NCBI GenBank assembly: GCA_035437565.1
Contig: DAOMYL010000002.1
Span: 43,819 to 83,818 of the forward strand
Origin: a bacterium
GTDB lineage: Bacteria > Patescibacteriota > Gracilibacteria > BD1-5 > UBA2023
Length of the DNA stretch: 40,000 nt
Direction of reading: 5' to 3'
The translations under genes and the position numbers were made by a program. The first letter of the stretch is position 1, and each line of letters starts with the position of its first letter. The notes below the pieces were generated by a model, which saw only the letters and a program-made list of their open reading frames with translations, was not told where the DNA came from and did not search any database. Positions 20,768 through 31,566 of this stretch are shown here, one piece after another.

Positions 20768-22744
20768 ATGCTGCTCTCTCCCGCACTCCTGCGCACGACC
20801 GACCGGTACATCGCGAAGCTCGCCGAGGCCTGAATCCGGACCGTCGAGGATTTTGTCTCGCTCTATCCGCGCGATCATCGCGACAAGACCGAGGTCCTCG
20901 ATGAATTCGCGAAGATCAATCTGAAAGAACCGAATACCGTGCGAGTGACGATCGAGTCGATCGCTTCGCAGCGTACAAAATTCGGCAAGCAACTCGTAAA
21001 AGCCGTGATCCGCGACCGACACGGAACGCTCGCGGAGGTAGTATGGTTCAATCAGGCGTATCTCGCGCGACAATATCACTCCGGAGACGAGACGATCCTC
21101 TATGGCCGGGCGAAGTACGGATACGGCCGTTTGTCATTTACCTCCCCGGATATCACTCCCGCGACGGACGGAGGTATCTTGGAGCCGGTATACAGTGATA
21201 CGAATACCATACCGGGACACTGGATCGGTTCGAAAATGCTCCTCCTACGAACACTCATGGGTGACTTGCCGGACCTCATCCCCGAGTCCATACGAGTCAA
21301 ACGGAAATTTCCAAGGCGAGGTATCGCGCTTGGTATGATTCATTTTCCATCCTCGACCGAGGAAATCGAGACAGCCCGCCGGACACTCGCCTACGAGGAG
21401 CTCTATCTTATCCAGGCAGAGCATGCCAAGAAGCGTGATCTCCATACGGATCTCACAGCCGGACGAACCACGCCGATCCCGCTCGATGCCGAGCGTGTGA
21501 GGACGATTCTCTCGCACCTGCCGTACGACCTCACAGAGAAGCAGCGGATCGTGACCTACCAGATCCTGCGCGATATGGAGCGCGATACCGCAATGTACCG
21601 GCTCCTACAGGGAGATGTCGGTACCGGCAAGACCGCTGTCGCGTTCATCACGGCAATCCATGCCATCATCGGCTCTGGAGGACAAGTGGTGGTCATGGCA
21701 CCGACAGAGATTCTCGCACGACAGCACTTCGCCGGATTCGAACCACTCGGGTTCGCCATGAATATTCGGTCGGATCTGCTCGTGGGAGGACTGTCCGCCA
21801 CGGAAAAAAAGGCAGCGAAGGCTCGACTGAAATCAGGAGAGACTGCTATCGTCTTCGGCACGCACGCCCTGCTCGAAGAAGATGTAATCTTCGAGAATCT
21901 CGTCTACACCGTGATCGATGAGCAGCATCGGTTCGGCGTGGAACAGCGCAAGGTACTGGAGGATAATTTCGCTTCCTACGCATCGGATCGCTATCCGCAC
22001 GTGCTCTCCATGACGGCGACACCGATCCCCCGAACACTCGCCATTACGCTCTACGGATCACAGGATCTCTCGATCCTGGACCAATATCCAGCAGGACGAA
22101 AACCCATTCACACCGCAATCATCCGCGAGAAAGACCGGGAGACCGCCTATCGGTTCATCGATACAGAGCTCGGGGCCGGCAGGCAGGCCTACTGGATCTC
22201 GCCACTCGTGGAGGAGTCCGACAAGCTCGATGTCGCATCTGCCACAGCAACGACAGAGAATCTCCGGGCGATATTCCCTCATCGCCGGGTGGAGCTCCTG
22301 CACGGCAAGATGGGGGCAAAAGAGAAGAATCTCATCCTCGATCGCTTCATCGCTCGAGAGATCGACATCTTGTCGAGTACGTCAGTAGTAGAGGTGGGGG
22401 TAAACAATCCGAATGCCACAATCATGTGTATCGAGGGGGCTGAGCGATTCGGACTGTCGCAGCTCCATCAGTTTCGCGGGCGGGTAGGCCGGTGAGCGGA
22501 CCAGTCGTATTGTTATCTCCTGCCGACCGATGGACGTGCGACCGAACGACTCCGTGCGATCGAGGGGACGCAGGACGGATTCGAACTCTCGGAGATCGAT
22601 ATGGAGCTGCGTGGCCCTGGCGAGGTTTATGGCGTGCGTCAGAGCGGACTGCCAGAGCTCAAAATCGCATCGTTCCAGGACCTCGAACTCGTGGAAGACA
22701 TACGCGAGGATATTCGGACACTCTCGAAAACCCGAACAAAGTAA
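20768..22744 (+). CDS. recG: ATP-dependent DNA helicase RecG
   Basis: ATG 20768 is in frame with track ORF 20939..22495. TGA at 20831 and at 22493 (FRGRVGR-G-ADQSYC). Motifs: GDVGTGKT, DEQHRFGV, MTATPIPRTL. TAA at 22742-22744; 658 aa. Confidence 0.92.
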
Positions 22745-22846
22745 ATTGACAATTTTTTCATATTCGTTCAAAATATTCGTGTACGAGGAAATTGGCGGTT
22801 TTCTCTATCGCAAATGAATCCGGTGCCTCTGTCGAGAGCGACAACC

Positions 22847-22874
22847 TTGAAACCGACCATATCCTCGTTATACT
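22847..22874 (+). promoter_or_regulatory. Promoter candidate for the pilin gene (TTGAAA-16 bp-TATACT)
   Basis: -35 at 22847-22852 and -10 at 22869-22874, about 50 nt upstream of ATG 22925. A second TTGACA at 22746-22751 has no convincing -10. Confidence 0.45.
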
Positions 22875-22924
22875 CTCCTTCGTGCATACCTCCTGTGCGC
22901 AAGCACGTTAACCCCCACCACTCC

Positions 22925-23635
22925 ATGCGTCTCCTTGCTTCGCGACGATCGGGATTCACCCTCATCGAGCTGCTCGTCGTCATTACTATTATCGGTATCC
23001 TCGCCACGGGAGCTACCGCGACCTACACTTCACAGATACAGAAAGCCCGCGATACTTCGCGTATCAACGACCTCAAGACTCTCCAGTCCGCGACTGAGCA
23101 GTACTACCAGGACTTCCAGGTCTACCCCGGAACCCAGAGCACCGACATTACGGCACAGATCGCGTCAGCGACTGGCGTCGTTCGTTACGCATCCAAGGTT
23201 CCCAAAGACCAGAAGCTCGGACAGACCTGTGCCCGATACTCCGCGCAGACCGCACCAGCGACAGTTCCATGTGGATACGTCTACAATACTGCCTCAGACG
23301 ACAACCAGATCGAGTATGGAGCATACGAGCTCTCCACGGCATTCGAGAACAAGGGAAATGTCGACTCCAAAGCTTTCAACGATGATAATGGTGGAGCGTA
23401 CGCCGACCCGGCAACATTTGAGCCGGACACCAAGGATGCAAGCCGTCTGGAGCTCGGTATCCGAGTGCTCAACGGAATCGACTCGTCAGTCACCAATGCC
23501 TTCGCTGATACGGGTGGAGCAGCCACCATCCTCGCTGCGGCCGCCTGCGGAACGACAACGACCAAGGTCGTCCTCGCGAGCGATGACGCATTCGGTGCGG
23601 ACGGAGGTCCGGCCCTCATCTGTGGAAACAACTAA
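22925..23635 (+). CDS. Type IV pilin (prepilin with class III signal peptide)
   Basis: MRLLASRRSG|FTLIELLVVITIIGILA: a canonical G/FTLIEL cleavage and methylation motif with the hydrophobic alpha1-N helix. A C-terminal Cys pair (AAACG...LICGNN) is consistent with a disulfide loop. The track ORF start at 22814 is rejected in favour of ATG 22925. Confidence 0.9.
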   Translation: MRLLASRRSGFTLIELLVVITIIGILATGATATYTSQIQKARDTSRINDLKTLQSATEQYYQDFQVYPGTQSTDITAQIASATGVVRYASKVPKDQKLGQTCARYSAQTAPATVPCGYVYNTASDDNQIEYGAYELSTAFENKGNVDSKAFNDDNGGAYADPATFEPDTKDASRLELGIRVLNGIDSSVTNAFADTGGAATILAAAACGTTTTKVVLASDDAFGADGGPALICGNN

Positions 23636-23650
23636 ATTCTTCACCCGGTC

Positions 23651-23683
23651 AAAAAGAAAGCCTCCGATGGAGGCTTTCTTTTT
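23651..23683. terminator. Strong rho-independent terminator (15-bp stem)
   Basis: AAAAAGAAAGCCTCC gat GGAGGCTTTCTTTTT: perfect complementarity, 16 nt after the pilin stop. Confidence 0.85.
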
Positions 23684-23709
23684 GACTCGGACCGGATATA
23701 CTCGCCTAC

Positions 23710-24669
23710 ATGATTATCACTGTTGTCGATCTCTCGCTCTCCCCTCGCGAGACACTGCCATTCGCGCCGGAGACGCTCACGTGCATAGAGCGTTCGCTCG
23801 CAAGCGGGAGACATGTCATTATCTACCACAATCGCCGCTGAGCCGGGACAGCAACAATCTGCCGTACTTGTTCGCATGTTTGGCAGTGTCCCCGCTGCGA
23901 TGTTGCGCTCGTCCGACATCTCCGACCGACAGATCGTCTTCGGTGCCACCGGTGCGGCTATGTGGGCCATCCTCCAGAAACATGCCCGGAATGCGGCGGT
24001 GCGGATATTGCAACGATCGGAGTTGGGACGCAGGCGATCGAGAGTCGCTTACAGACACTCTTTCCATCGTTCCGGATCGTACGGCTCGATGCCGACTCCG
24101 GAGAGTCAGCATGATGTGATGATCCGTTGCTCTCTCCGTCCATATTCGTTGGGACCGCGAGCGTCCTCTCAGTCTACTCAGATCGGATCGGGACATGCGT
24201 TTTTACGCTCTTCGAGAATGATTCCATTGTCACGAGCTACGACAGTGACGAAACACTCCACCGCCGCATCCGACTACTTTCGGAACGATCGAGTGAAACC
24301 GTGATACAGACCCATATTCCGCATCACCCAGTCATTCGCTCATTCGTCTCCGGAACCTACCGGGAATTCGCCCGGGAATCGCTCGATCGACGCATGCGTT
24401 TCTGATACCCGCCGTATGCCGAATTGGTCGATATCGTCATTCGCCACCGCGATCGGACGAAGCTCGACACGATTCTGGCAAGCATAGAATCGTGACTGAC
24501 AAACAGACAGAACACGACAGAACTCTCCTGTGATCGGTCGGTGACATCGCGGGAAGACGGTCTCTATGTGCGCCGCGTAACGATGAAGTGAATCGATCTC
24601 GGAACGGATCTCGCGCTCATACGCAATACGCTCTGGAAGAACCGTGCGGTCTCGGTAGAGTGGCACTAG
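23710..24669 (+). CDS. priA: PriA-like C-terminal module only (Cys-rich zinc region, degenerate RecA2 lobe, C-terminal domain); no helicase N-terminal half
   Basis: Frame 1 translated by hand from ATG 23710 to TAG 24667-24669 (319 aa), with 5 TGA including 23839 (YHNRR-G-AG) and the one in RMRF-G-YPPYAEL. Four CxxC pairs: CRTC..CPRC..CHRC..CPEC. GVGTQAIESRLQTLFP follows. Motif V/VI equivalents are degenerate (IFVGTASVLSVYSD; LLSERSS in place of QVAGRAGR). The start is 27 nt after the pilin terminator. Confidence 0.75.
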
Positions 24670-26177
24670 AGTTTGATGTTCGGTCTCATAGCGATACTCA
24701 CTGCCGCGAGAACGAAGAGGAGGAATCCGAAGACGAAGAAGAATTCATTGAATCCGAGTATCGACACGAGTGCCCCGCCTACGAGGAGCCCCACGATATT
24801 CGCGAAGTTGAGGAGCATTTTGAGGGGAGCAGCGGACGCGTTGGAATCGATTTCCCGCAGGTTGTGCTTCTCGGCATGGCAAGAATTGAACACATCCAGA
24901 AACGAGGCCTGTGCGAGCGGCATGGCTGCAGCATAGCCGAAGCTATTGAGAAATCCGAAGAGCATGACGAGTCCGAGATCGGTAGAATACCCGAAGAGCA
25001 TGACCGAACACGAGGACAGTATGACGCCCGAAAGCACCACCGTATAGACGCCGATACGCTTGGAAAGGCCGATAAAAAGCGACTGCATGAGAAAAACCGG
25101 AATAACCAGAAGCCCGAGAAGCAGATACGCGCTCACGAGGCGAGTACGGACAATGCCATTCCCGGAGTTGATCTCGAGGAGCTTCTGGAGGAAATCGACC
25201 TGAAACGTGGCGACAAACGTATCCCAGAATCCGAACATGAGAATCACAGCGAAGACCCAGAGGAGCGTATGATTGAGCGGAGCAGCAAACAGCACGTCAC
25301 GAGCGGTCCGAAATTCACGTTTGGTCGTCTCCACGAGCTCTTTGAATGTCACTTGTTCGCGCACCTCTATCGGCTTGATGAAGATGAATTTCTCCTTCTT
25401 CGCGAATTCCGCAAGATCGATCTTCCGAATCTTCTCCACACTGAATTCGCGCATTTTCTCAATATTCTCGCGCTCCATTACGAGCTTGAGACGCGATATA
25501 TCCCCGAGTCGGACCGTGTCGGTCGGGTTATCGAAAAATCTCGCGAGAAATACGAGAAGTACAATAATAACGACAATGAGGGAAACAATCGCGAAAAACG
25601 GCGAAAGTGGGATGATCACTCCAGCGGTAATAAGTCCGAGAAAAGAGCCGATACCGGTCGCAATGTTGTTTCGCGAGAGGATGACCGCATACTCGGAAGG
25701 ATCGGAGTTATTGAGGATATACGACAGGATCGTGACGTCATTAATCTCCTTGGTGAGCCCATAGAGCATGGAAGCGGCAAGCAGGAGAATGATATTGAGC
25801 GCGTCCTGCAAAAAAAATGTAACGAGCGACTCGATAATGGTTCCTCCGGTCTCTTCGGTCGATGTGAAGTAGATGAATTTGAGGAAGATGAGCGAAGCGA
25901 GGAGGATAGAGAATCCTCCGACCATAAAGAGTTTTTTTGCGCTCACATGCTTCTGGAGAACTCCGATGGGAATATCGAGGAAGAACGCCACGAGATTTCC
26001 GACTGCGAGAAACGCTCCGACGAGGAGAACCGACTGGAGAATGAGTCCGAAGAAGTAGACAACGGAGAAATGAAAGAAGATCCATACAAACCCGAGGATT
26101 CCCGAGAGAATATAGAGATTGCGACGGCGAAGGTCGTCACCTTCGGTCTCGATCGAGACAAAATTCTTCGTGGTCAT
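24666..26177 (-). CDS. MFS-type transporter with a large central cytoplasmic loop
   Basis: Track ORF 24666..26216. About 12 hydrophobic segments are split by a ~100-aa charged loop (RLKLVMERENIEKMREF...). The start is ATG 26177 (MTTKNF) or ATG 26216. The TAG stop overlaps the priA-like stop (CTAG). No internal TGA. Confidence 0.8.
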   Translation of the reverse strand: MTTKNFVSIETEGDDLRRRNLYILSGILGFVWIFFHFSVVYFFGLILQSVLLVGAFLAVGNLVAFFLDIPIGVLQKHVSAKKLFMVGGFSILLASLIFLKFIYFTSTEETGGTIIESLVTFFLQDALNIILLLAASMLYGLTKEINDVTILSYILNNSDPSEYAVILSRNNIATGIGSFLGLITAGVIIPLSPFFAIVSLIVVIIVLLVFLARFFDNPTDTVRLGDISRLKLVMERENIEKMREFSVEKIRKIDLAEFAKKEKFIFIKPIEVREQVTFKELVETTKREFRTARDVLFAAPLNHTLLWVFAVILMFGFWDTFVATFQVDFLQKLLEINSGNGIVRTRLVSAYLLLGLLVIPVFLMQSLFIGLSKRIGVYTVVLSGVILSSCSVMLFGYSTDLGLVMLFGFLNSFGYAAAMPLAQASFLDVFNSCHAEKHNLREIDSNASAAPLKMLLNFANIVGLLVGGALVSILGFNEFFFVFGFLLFVLAAVSIAMRPNIKL

Positions 26178-26192
26178 ACGAGGAAAAAGGAT

Positions 26193-26221
26193 TTGGAAAC
26201 GCGACCATGCTATCATATAAT
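26193..26221 (+). promoter_or_regulatory. Promoter candidate for rnr (TTGGAA-17 bp-TATAAT)
   Basis: -35 at 26193-26198 and -10 at 26216-26221, 22 nt before ATG 26243. It lies in the short divergent region shared with the MFS gene. Confidence 0.45.
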
Positions 26222-26242
26222 GGTTTTTCCCGCAATTTCCGC

Positions 26243-28327
26243 ATGCATACCGCTATCGGCATATTCCGCAACAAAAACGCTTCGGGCTCCATCATCGAGA
26301 CGGAATCCGGAGAGGAGGTTTTCGTGTCTGGACGAGACGGTGCAAACGCTCTCCCTGGAGACCGAGTTCGTATCCGGATCTTCAAAGCCGCGGCATGAGG
26401 CCGGCGCGCCGAGTGATCAGTCCTCCAGGTAATCGACCGGACAAACCCTCGCCAAATCGTGCGGATCTCGGGAGAATACCGTGGGTCCCTTCGGGCCGAG
26501 CTCGCGGGGATCGCCGCATCCGACACGACCATCTCGATCCCGAAGACATCTTCGCTCGGAGCACGGATCGGAGATATTGCGGTCGTGGAGATTGAGACAA
26601 CAGTCACGAAGAGCAATACGGGACGGGTCGTGGAAATCCTTGGGAATGCCGCGACCGCCGGCATCGAGGAGCGGATCATTATCGAGTCTGCGGGGATTCC
26701 ACGCACATTCCCTGCCGAGGTTCTCTCCGAAGCCAGCACATTTCAGACTCCTACCTCATCTGATTTCGCCGGACGACACGACTATCGTGATGAGTGGGTC
26801 TATACCATCGATGGGGCAGATGCCCGAGACCTGGACGATGCGATCCACGTCCGCCGCCTGCCGGACGGCGACTACGAGCTTGGCGTGCATATCGCCGATG
26901 TCTCGCACTATGTGCGCGAAGGATCAATGCTGGATCGCGAAGCATCGGCACGATCCACGAGCGTCTATCTCGGCATGGAGGTCATTCCCATGCTCCCCGA
27001 GCGTCTCTCGAACGATCTCTGTTCACTGCATCCTGGCACCCCGAAGCTCACACAGTCGGTCATCGTGCGAGTGTCGGCAGATGGTCAGATTCGTCTCCTA
27101 GAGCTCGGCGAATCAGTCATTGAGAGTCGGAAACGATTCACCTACCTGGAAGTGCAGGCCATCATCGACGGAGATGCGGACGAGTCCGCCTATCCTGATG
27201 AACTGCGAGAGAGTATTCGCACAGCCTACGAACTCTACACCCTGATCGCTATAAAACGAAAGCGCGAAGGAAAAATTAGTTTCGAGTTCAGCGAGACGGC
27301 GATCGACTACGAGAATCCTCTCACGATCCGGTCGATCCGACCGAAACATCGAGTCGACGCGCACAAACTCATCGAGGAATTCATGATTACCGCCAACGAA
27401 GCGGTGGCCAAGCATTTCGCGACGAAGCGACTACCGAATCTCTCCCGCATCCACGAGTGCCCCGAGCCAGATCGACTCTCGCGCCTCGCAGAGATTTTGT
27501 CTGCCTATGGGATCGAGACATCGGGAGAGGCACTCGCCCGCCACGAAGAAATGGAACGAATCGTGGAACAACTCTCCTCACCCGAGAAAGAGCCTCTGCT
27601 CAAGTACGTGCTCACGTCTCTGAAGAAAGCCGAGTACAGTCCGCAGAATCTCGGCCACCACGGACTCGGTCTCAAGCATTATTCACACTTTACCTCGCCT
27701 ATCCGGCGGTATCCTGACCTCATTACCCATCGACTCGTGAAGGCGTGGAGTCGGCACGAGCTCTCGCACGCAGTGATAGATCGCTACGCGAAGAATCTGC
27801 CGGAGATCGCCACCCGCACGAGTGCCCTGGAGCGTCGCGCGGAACGAGCCGAATACGACGTGCGCGACACGCGCCTCGCCCGATATGCTGCTGGTAAGAT
27901 CGGTGAGATCTACGGTGCGGTCATTACCGGCACGACCGAGTTCGGAGCCTTCGCTCGAACAGATGAAGGACTGGAAGGATTTTGTTTTTGGCGAGAGATT
28001 CCCGTGCGTACACGGTGGCATGAGCCATCGCTCTCGCTCGTGGACGCACAGGGGTACGCGTACCTACGAATCGGGGATCGCGTGCAGGTTCGCCTCTCGG
28101 CAGCAGATCCCGCGACTCGGCGTATTGATTTCGCGCTCGTGGATCGCGAGACACGCGAAGAAATCCGGATCGACCTGACCCATCGGATGAATATCGGACG
28201 AGGAGTAAAAAAGACCAAGAAGATACCTGTCCCACCAACATCTCCATCGAGTCATGCTCCTGCGAAGAAGCCACGCCGACCACGCCGACGGGGTGGCAAG
28301 GGACGAAAGAAGACTTCGAACAATTAA
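26243..28327 (+). CDS. rnr: Ribonuclease R (RNB family 3'-5' exoribonuclease)
   Basis: Track ORFs 26207..26398 and 26459..28327 share a frame and join through TGA 26396 and 26414. Cold-shock-like N-terminus, then RNB motifs DGADARDLDDAIHV, HIADVSHYV, STSVYL, HHGLGLKHYSHFTSPIRRYPDLITHR. An S1-like domain and a Lys/Arg-rich tail follow. The start is ATG 26243 or 26207. Confidence 0.9.
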
Positions 28328-29535
28328 TGAGATTCCGGAGCAATCGGTCGGAATCGGACAAACCACTCGAAGAGAATCGTACAACAGAGCAATACCCCTG
28401 CAAATCCCGCGAAGTACCAGAGCGTCACCGAGAGCGGATACCCTGCCACGAATAGTCCTGAAACAAACAGTAGGAGCGCATACATACCCCGACCTGAGAG
28501 TGATACGAGCGAGTGCACGGTTGCTCGTCGATCATCGGATACGAGGGCGTTGATCTCGGTGGGCTGGAGATACTGAACCGCCCCCCGAGCAATCTGATGC
28601 GCGAAGATACCGAGCCATCACCACGTCGGGAGCCACTGTGCCATGAAGACATATCCCAGAAGCAACAGAAGTACAGGGACGATAATTGTTATCCGGAAAC
28701 CATATCGCGGCAGCAACCGTGCAATAAGTCGTGACCCGAGTAGTACGAACACATAGAAGGATGCAAAAATGAACCCCATCCAGGTCATATCAATACCGCC
28801 CGCGGCGATGATTGGCTGATAGTACCAAAGACCAAGCTGATTCAGACTCACACATCCAGCAAAAACAAAGATCACATACAACATCGTGCGACTCCGCAGG
28901 ACGGTGTTCATGAGAATATCGAGCATGTGATGGTGGGCACGCATACCAGAGTCTCGAGCACGAATTCGTTCTGGCTCAATCAAGAACCATGCAGCGAGAA
29001 TCGCGGTAGAGCCAATAAGTGCCGATACACTCAATGCCCAGACTGCCCCAAAGTACCCAGCAATAATCGACCCAGCGATTGCGTAACCTGCCTGCATCGC
29101 ATATGTTCATTCTATCACCTTTGCCCAAGACTTCTTCCCCTCGGTCTCACGTTCTTCGGGAGCATGAGACTCATAAACCATCGACTCGAGCGTCCCGGAG
29201 TAAAAGCTTACAGCAAATCCGAAACAGAGCTCGGAAAGCAGAAACGTAAAGAAATCATACGATACGACGTAACCCCAGAGCCCGAGTGTCACGAACGCAG
29301 CACTCACGAGGAGTGATGTCCGACGCGAAAACCAATCGGAAAGAAATCCGGACGGTACCTCAAGAAGAGCGACTGCCGCAGCATACGCTGCCTGCAAAAA
29401 CAATACATCCGCCATTGTCAACCCCTTATCAAGCCAGTAAAAAACGATAATCGGTACGGTGAGAACAACAGATTCTTGCGCGGCATAGAACCACCGCAAG
29501 AGCAAAATATTCCGATGCTGGTAGGGGGATGACAT
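28324..29535 (-). CDS. MFS-type transporter (403 aa)
   Basis: Track ORFs 29107..29535, 28618..29097 and 28324..28518 share a frame and join through TGA 29107-29109 and 28618-28620. Hydrophobic segments run throughout. The TAA stop overlaps the rnr stop (TTAA). Confidence 0.8.
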
Positions 29536-29600
29536 AAATTTTCTTGAGACAAAAAAGTCTCGGCACTATACCGAAGCTGCCAGTACATGTCAACGTGATA

Positions 29601-30179
29601 CTAATGAGCCTCGGTGAAAGCATGCTCTCGCTGCTCTGCCACCACCGACCCGATCGCCTCTCGCTTCATATTGATACGATTGCTCTCGAGCTTTCGCACA
29701 TGCTCATTGAGAATTCGGAGCACCTCGAACGGATCGGGGATGAAGTGAAAACTGCGCACATCATTCTTCTTTTGCTCGATCACGAGCGTCCCATATCGGA
29801 AGAACATCGGCAGGAACCCATGGCGCTCCACATCGAACTTCATAATCTGCGGGAGACTAATGACCTCTATATCGTCTTGGAGAATGAGGGTGCAGTTCAC
29901 GATGATAAGCTTGTCATCCGCGATAATCATGAGCTTGTTTTCATACTTCACGATCGCGAGAATCAGTCGGAAAAATGCATAATTCCCGAGCAGGAAAATG
30001 ACAGGGAACATGAGCCCGTAGCGGACGATGTCCGGAATTACGTCCCGGTACATAGCCGTGAATGAAGCGAATGCCGCGCAGACGAGCAGAAAGAAGGCGA
30101 ACTTTGCGGTCGCATAGAAGAGAAAGATCGGATGCCGTCGGAAGATGCGATACCGACCGGCAACGTACGATGCCGGCAT
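29601..30179 (-). CDS. Bacterial PH-domain (YdbS/YdbT-like) membrane protein (192 aa)
   Basis: ATG 30179 (MPASYVAGRYRIFRRHPIFLFY), two TM segments, then KYENKLMIIADDKLIIVNCTLILQDDIEVISLPQIMKFDVERHGFLPMFFRYGTLVIEQ, which fits the bPH pattern. The Arg-rich 84 aa upstream in track ORF 29601..30431 are rejected. Confidence 0.6.
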   Translation of the reverse strand: MPASYVAGRYRIFRRHPIFLFYATAKFAFFLLVCAAFASFTAMYRDVIPDIVRYGLMFPVIFLLGNYAFFRLILAIVKYENKLMIIADDKLIIVNCTLILQDDIEVISLPQIMKFDVERHGFLPMFFRYGTLVIEQKKNDVRSFHFIPDPFEVLRILNEHVRKLESNRINMKREAIGSVVAEQREHAFTEAH

Positions 30180-30190
30180 ACCTGTCGTGG

Positions 30191-30424
30191 TTAGAGGAGT
30201 AAAAGCACCAATCACGTCCCGGTTACGATCCAGAGGACGAAAATAAAACGCACGGACGAAATCTGAGTACGGTATATTCGATAGAGGGCAATATTCGAGC
30301 CGTTCCCGATTTTCTCGGAATGACGGCGAGTAATGGTGCGAATACGCCTCTCGATGAGGTACCAAACAACGGTATACGAGATGGCGAGTGCGAGAACGAG
30401 AATCTCTTTCCAGAAAACGGTCAT
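30191..30424 (-). CDS. Small two-TM membrane protein (77 aa), tentative
   Basis: Track ORF 30212..30424 reads through TGA 30212-30214 to TAA 30191-30193. Sequence MTVFWKEILVLALAISYTVVWYLI...VRFIFVLWIVTGTGLVLLLL. The stop lies 11 nt before ATG 30179 of the next gene. Confidence 0.4.
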
Positions 30425-30522
30425 ACCGCATGAATTAGAGAACTCCCCGGGAGGGATATTATACCCCGGAATCCTTGGGAATCCAGCAAAAAGCGGTTCG
30501 CATCGGTGCAGGGCTGCTCGGT

Positions 30523-30552
30523 AAAAAATAATATCCCCTTAATCTCGGGGAT
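30523..30552 (-). terminator. Rho-independent terminator (minus strand)
   Basis: Minus strand reads ATCCCC gagattaa GGGGAT attatttttt, about 30 nt after the stop at 30581. Confidence 0.55.
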
Positions 30553-30580
30553 AGTATTTCAGTCGGAAAACTCCTGACTG

Positions 30581-31393
30581 CTACTGCTTGGCAAGCTTCT
30601 GAAGATCGCCAACCGTTTTTCCGGTCCGCCCGACACGGGCAATTTTTCCGTCTACGTCATTGCCGGTATATCCCAGAGATTGCTGGAGTCCCTTTGCTAC
30701 ATCTTCACTAAGAGACATCCACTTGGCACGAGCGTCGGCGGTAATCTGTTTCGATTTTCCGATAAGCTCCGTGAGAATCTTTCTCGCTTCATCAGGACTG
30801 ATGGTCTTATTTTCGATCGCGATACGGATTTCTCTCTGGAGGGGGCTCTCGGAAGCAGTAGATGACTCGAGCTTCTCATTTCCGGTCACTGCCGCATCGG
30901 CTGGAGAAATCTCCCGAACATTGGATGCGGAGAAGGTGTAGCTCGGAAGGTCCGAGCGAGACTGGGTCGAGCGATCTTCGTTGGAGAGGCTCCCATCAAT
31001 CTCAGCAAGCGAGGTCTGCGCTCCCGAGGCATCCACATAATACGTAGACCACGCCTGCACCTGGACCGATACGCCTCGTGCCTTGGCAAATTCGGTCGCT
31101 TTAGCCTTGAGATCGGTCGAGCTCACATCGCCGATCGCCGCAAAACGCTCCTGACCATCCTTGTCTACGATGCGGTAGATTTTCGCCTCCTTTGATTTTT
31201 CAGCTTCGTCAAAAGCTTTTTTGAGAACCTTGCGATCCGGCTCTTTCTCGGCCGCTTGTTGTGCATCGAGCTGCCGCATACCAGCCTGGGCAGCCCCACC
31301 AGGATCCCCGTTTGGCAGGCATGTAGAATCCGCCCCGACTTCGGGAGATTGATGCTTGCTATCCGGTCACCGAGCGACGATTTTTGTTCCCAT
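30581..31393 (-). CDS. Hypothetical protein with a C-terminal peptidoglycan-binding-like repeat
   Basis: Track ORF 30581..31279 extends through one TGA to ATG 31393; an upstream in-frame TAG limits any further extension. The C-terminal VAKGLQQSLGYTGNDVDGKIARVGRTGKTVGDLQKL resembles the PG_binding_1 pattern (LQ..LGY....DG.fG..T). No clear signal peptide. Confidence 0.55.
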
Positions 31394-31471
31394 AAAAATA
31401 TGGATATATACTATCTAAGTAGACCAAATTTATCACACTTTCAGAAGGAACACAAAAAAAACATGGGGGGC

Positions 31472-31520
31472 AAAAACAGTTAGGTGGGGTCCCGATATTC
31501 TCCCACCCCGAGGCTCGGGA
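31472..31520 (-). terminator. Possible terminator region after the dihydrouridine synthase gene
   Basis: On the plus strand, GGTGGG (31483-31488) pairs with CCCACC (31502-31507), next to CCCGA ggc TCGGG. On the minus strand a GTTTTT run follows. The geometry is imperfect. Confidence 0.3.
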
Positions 31521-31566
31521 GATTGTCATGGTTTTTGCTTTTTGACAAATCACCCGCATCCAGCCA

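Noticed and set aside
21733-21743. GGATTCGAACC string (reverse complement of a tRNA T-arm consensus), with a similar one near 22568-22578
   Set aside because: Both lie inside the recG coding frame, and the flanking bases do not form a T-stem or an acceptor stem. I found no tRNA in any intergenic region that I scanned by eye.
22935-24119. 394-aa plus-strand Ser/Arg/Pro-rich ORF
   Set aside because: It runs out of frame through the pilin gene, straight across a 15-bp-stem terminator and into the priA-like gene. Its composition is that of an off-frame reading.
24588-26432. 614-aa plus-strand ORF, the longest single ORF in the track
   Set aside because: It is low-complexity (Glu/Arg/Asp/His-rich) and exactly antisense to a minus-strand ORF with about 12 clear transmembrane segments (an MFS transporter). 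This is a typical shadow ORF in GC3-biased DNA.
29601-30431. Single 276-aa ORF as listed in the track
   Set aside because: The first 84 residues are Arg-rich and non-membrane-like. A different frame over 30191-30424 gives a clean two-TM 77-aa protein that ends 11 nt before an internal ATG (30179), where the bPH-type protein plausibly starts. The two-gene model is preferred, though not proven.
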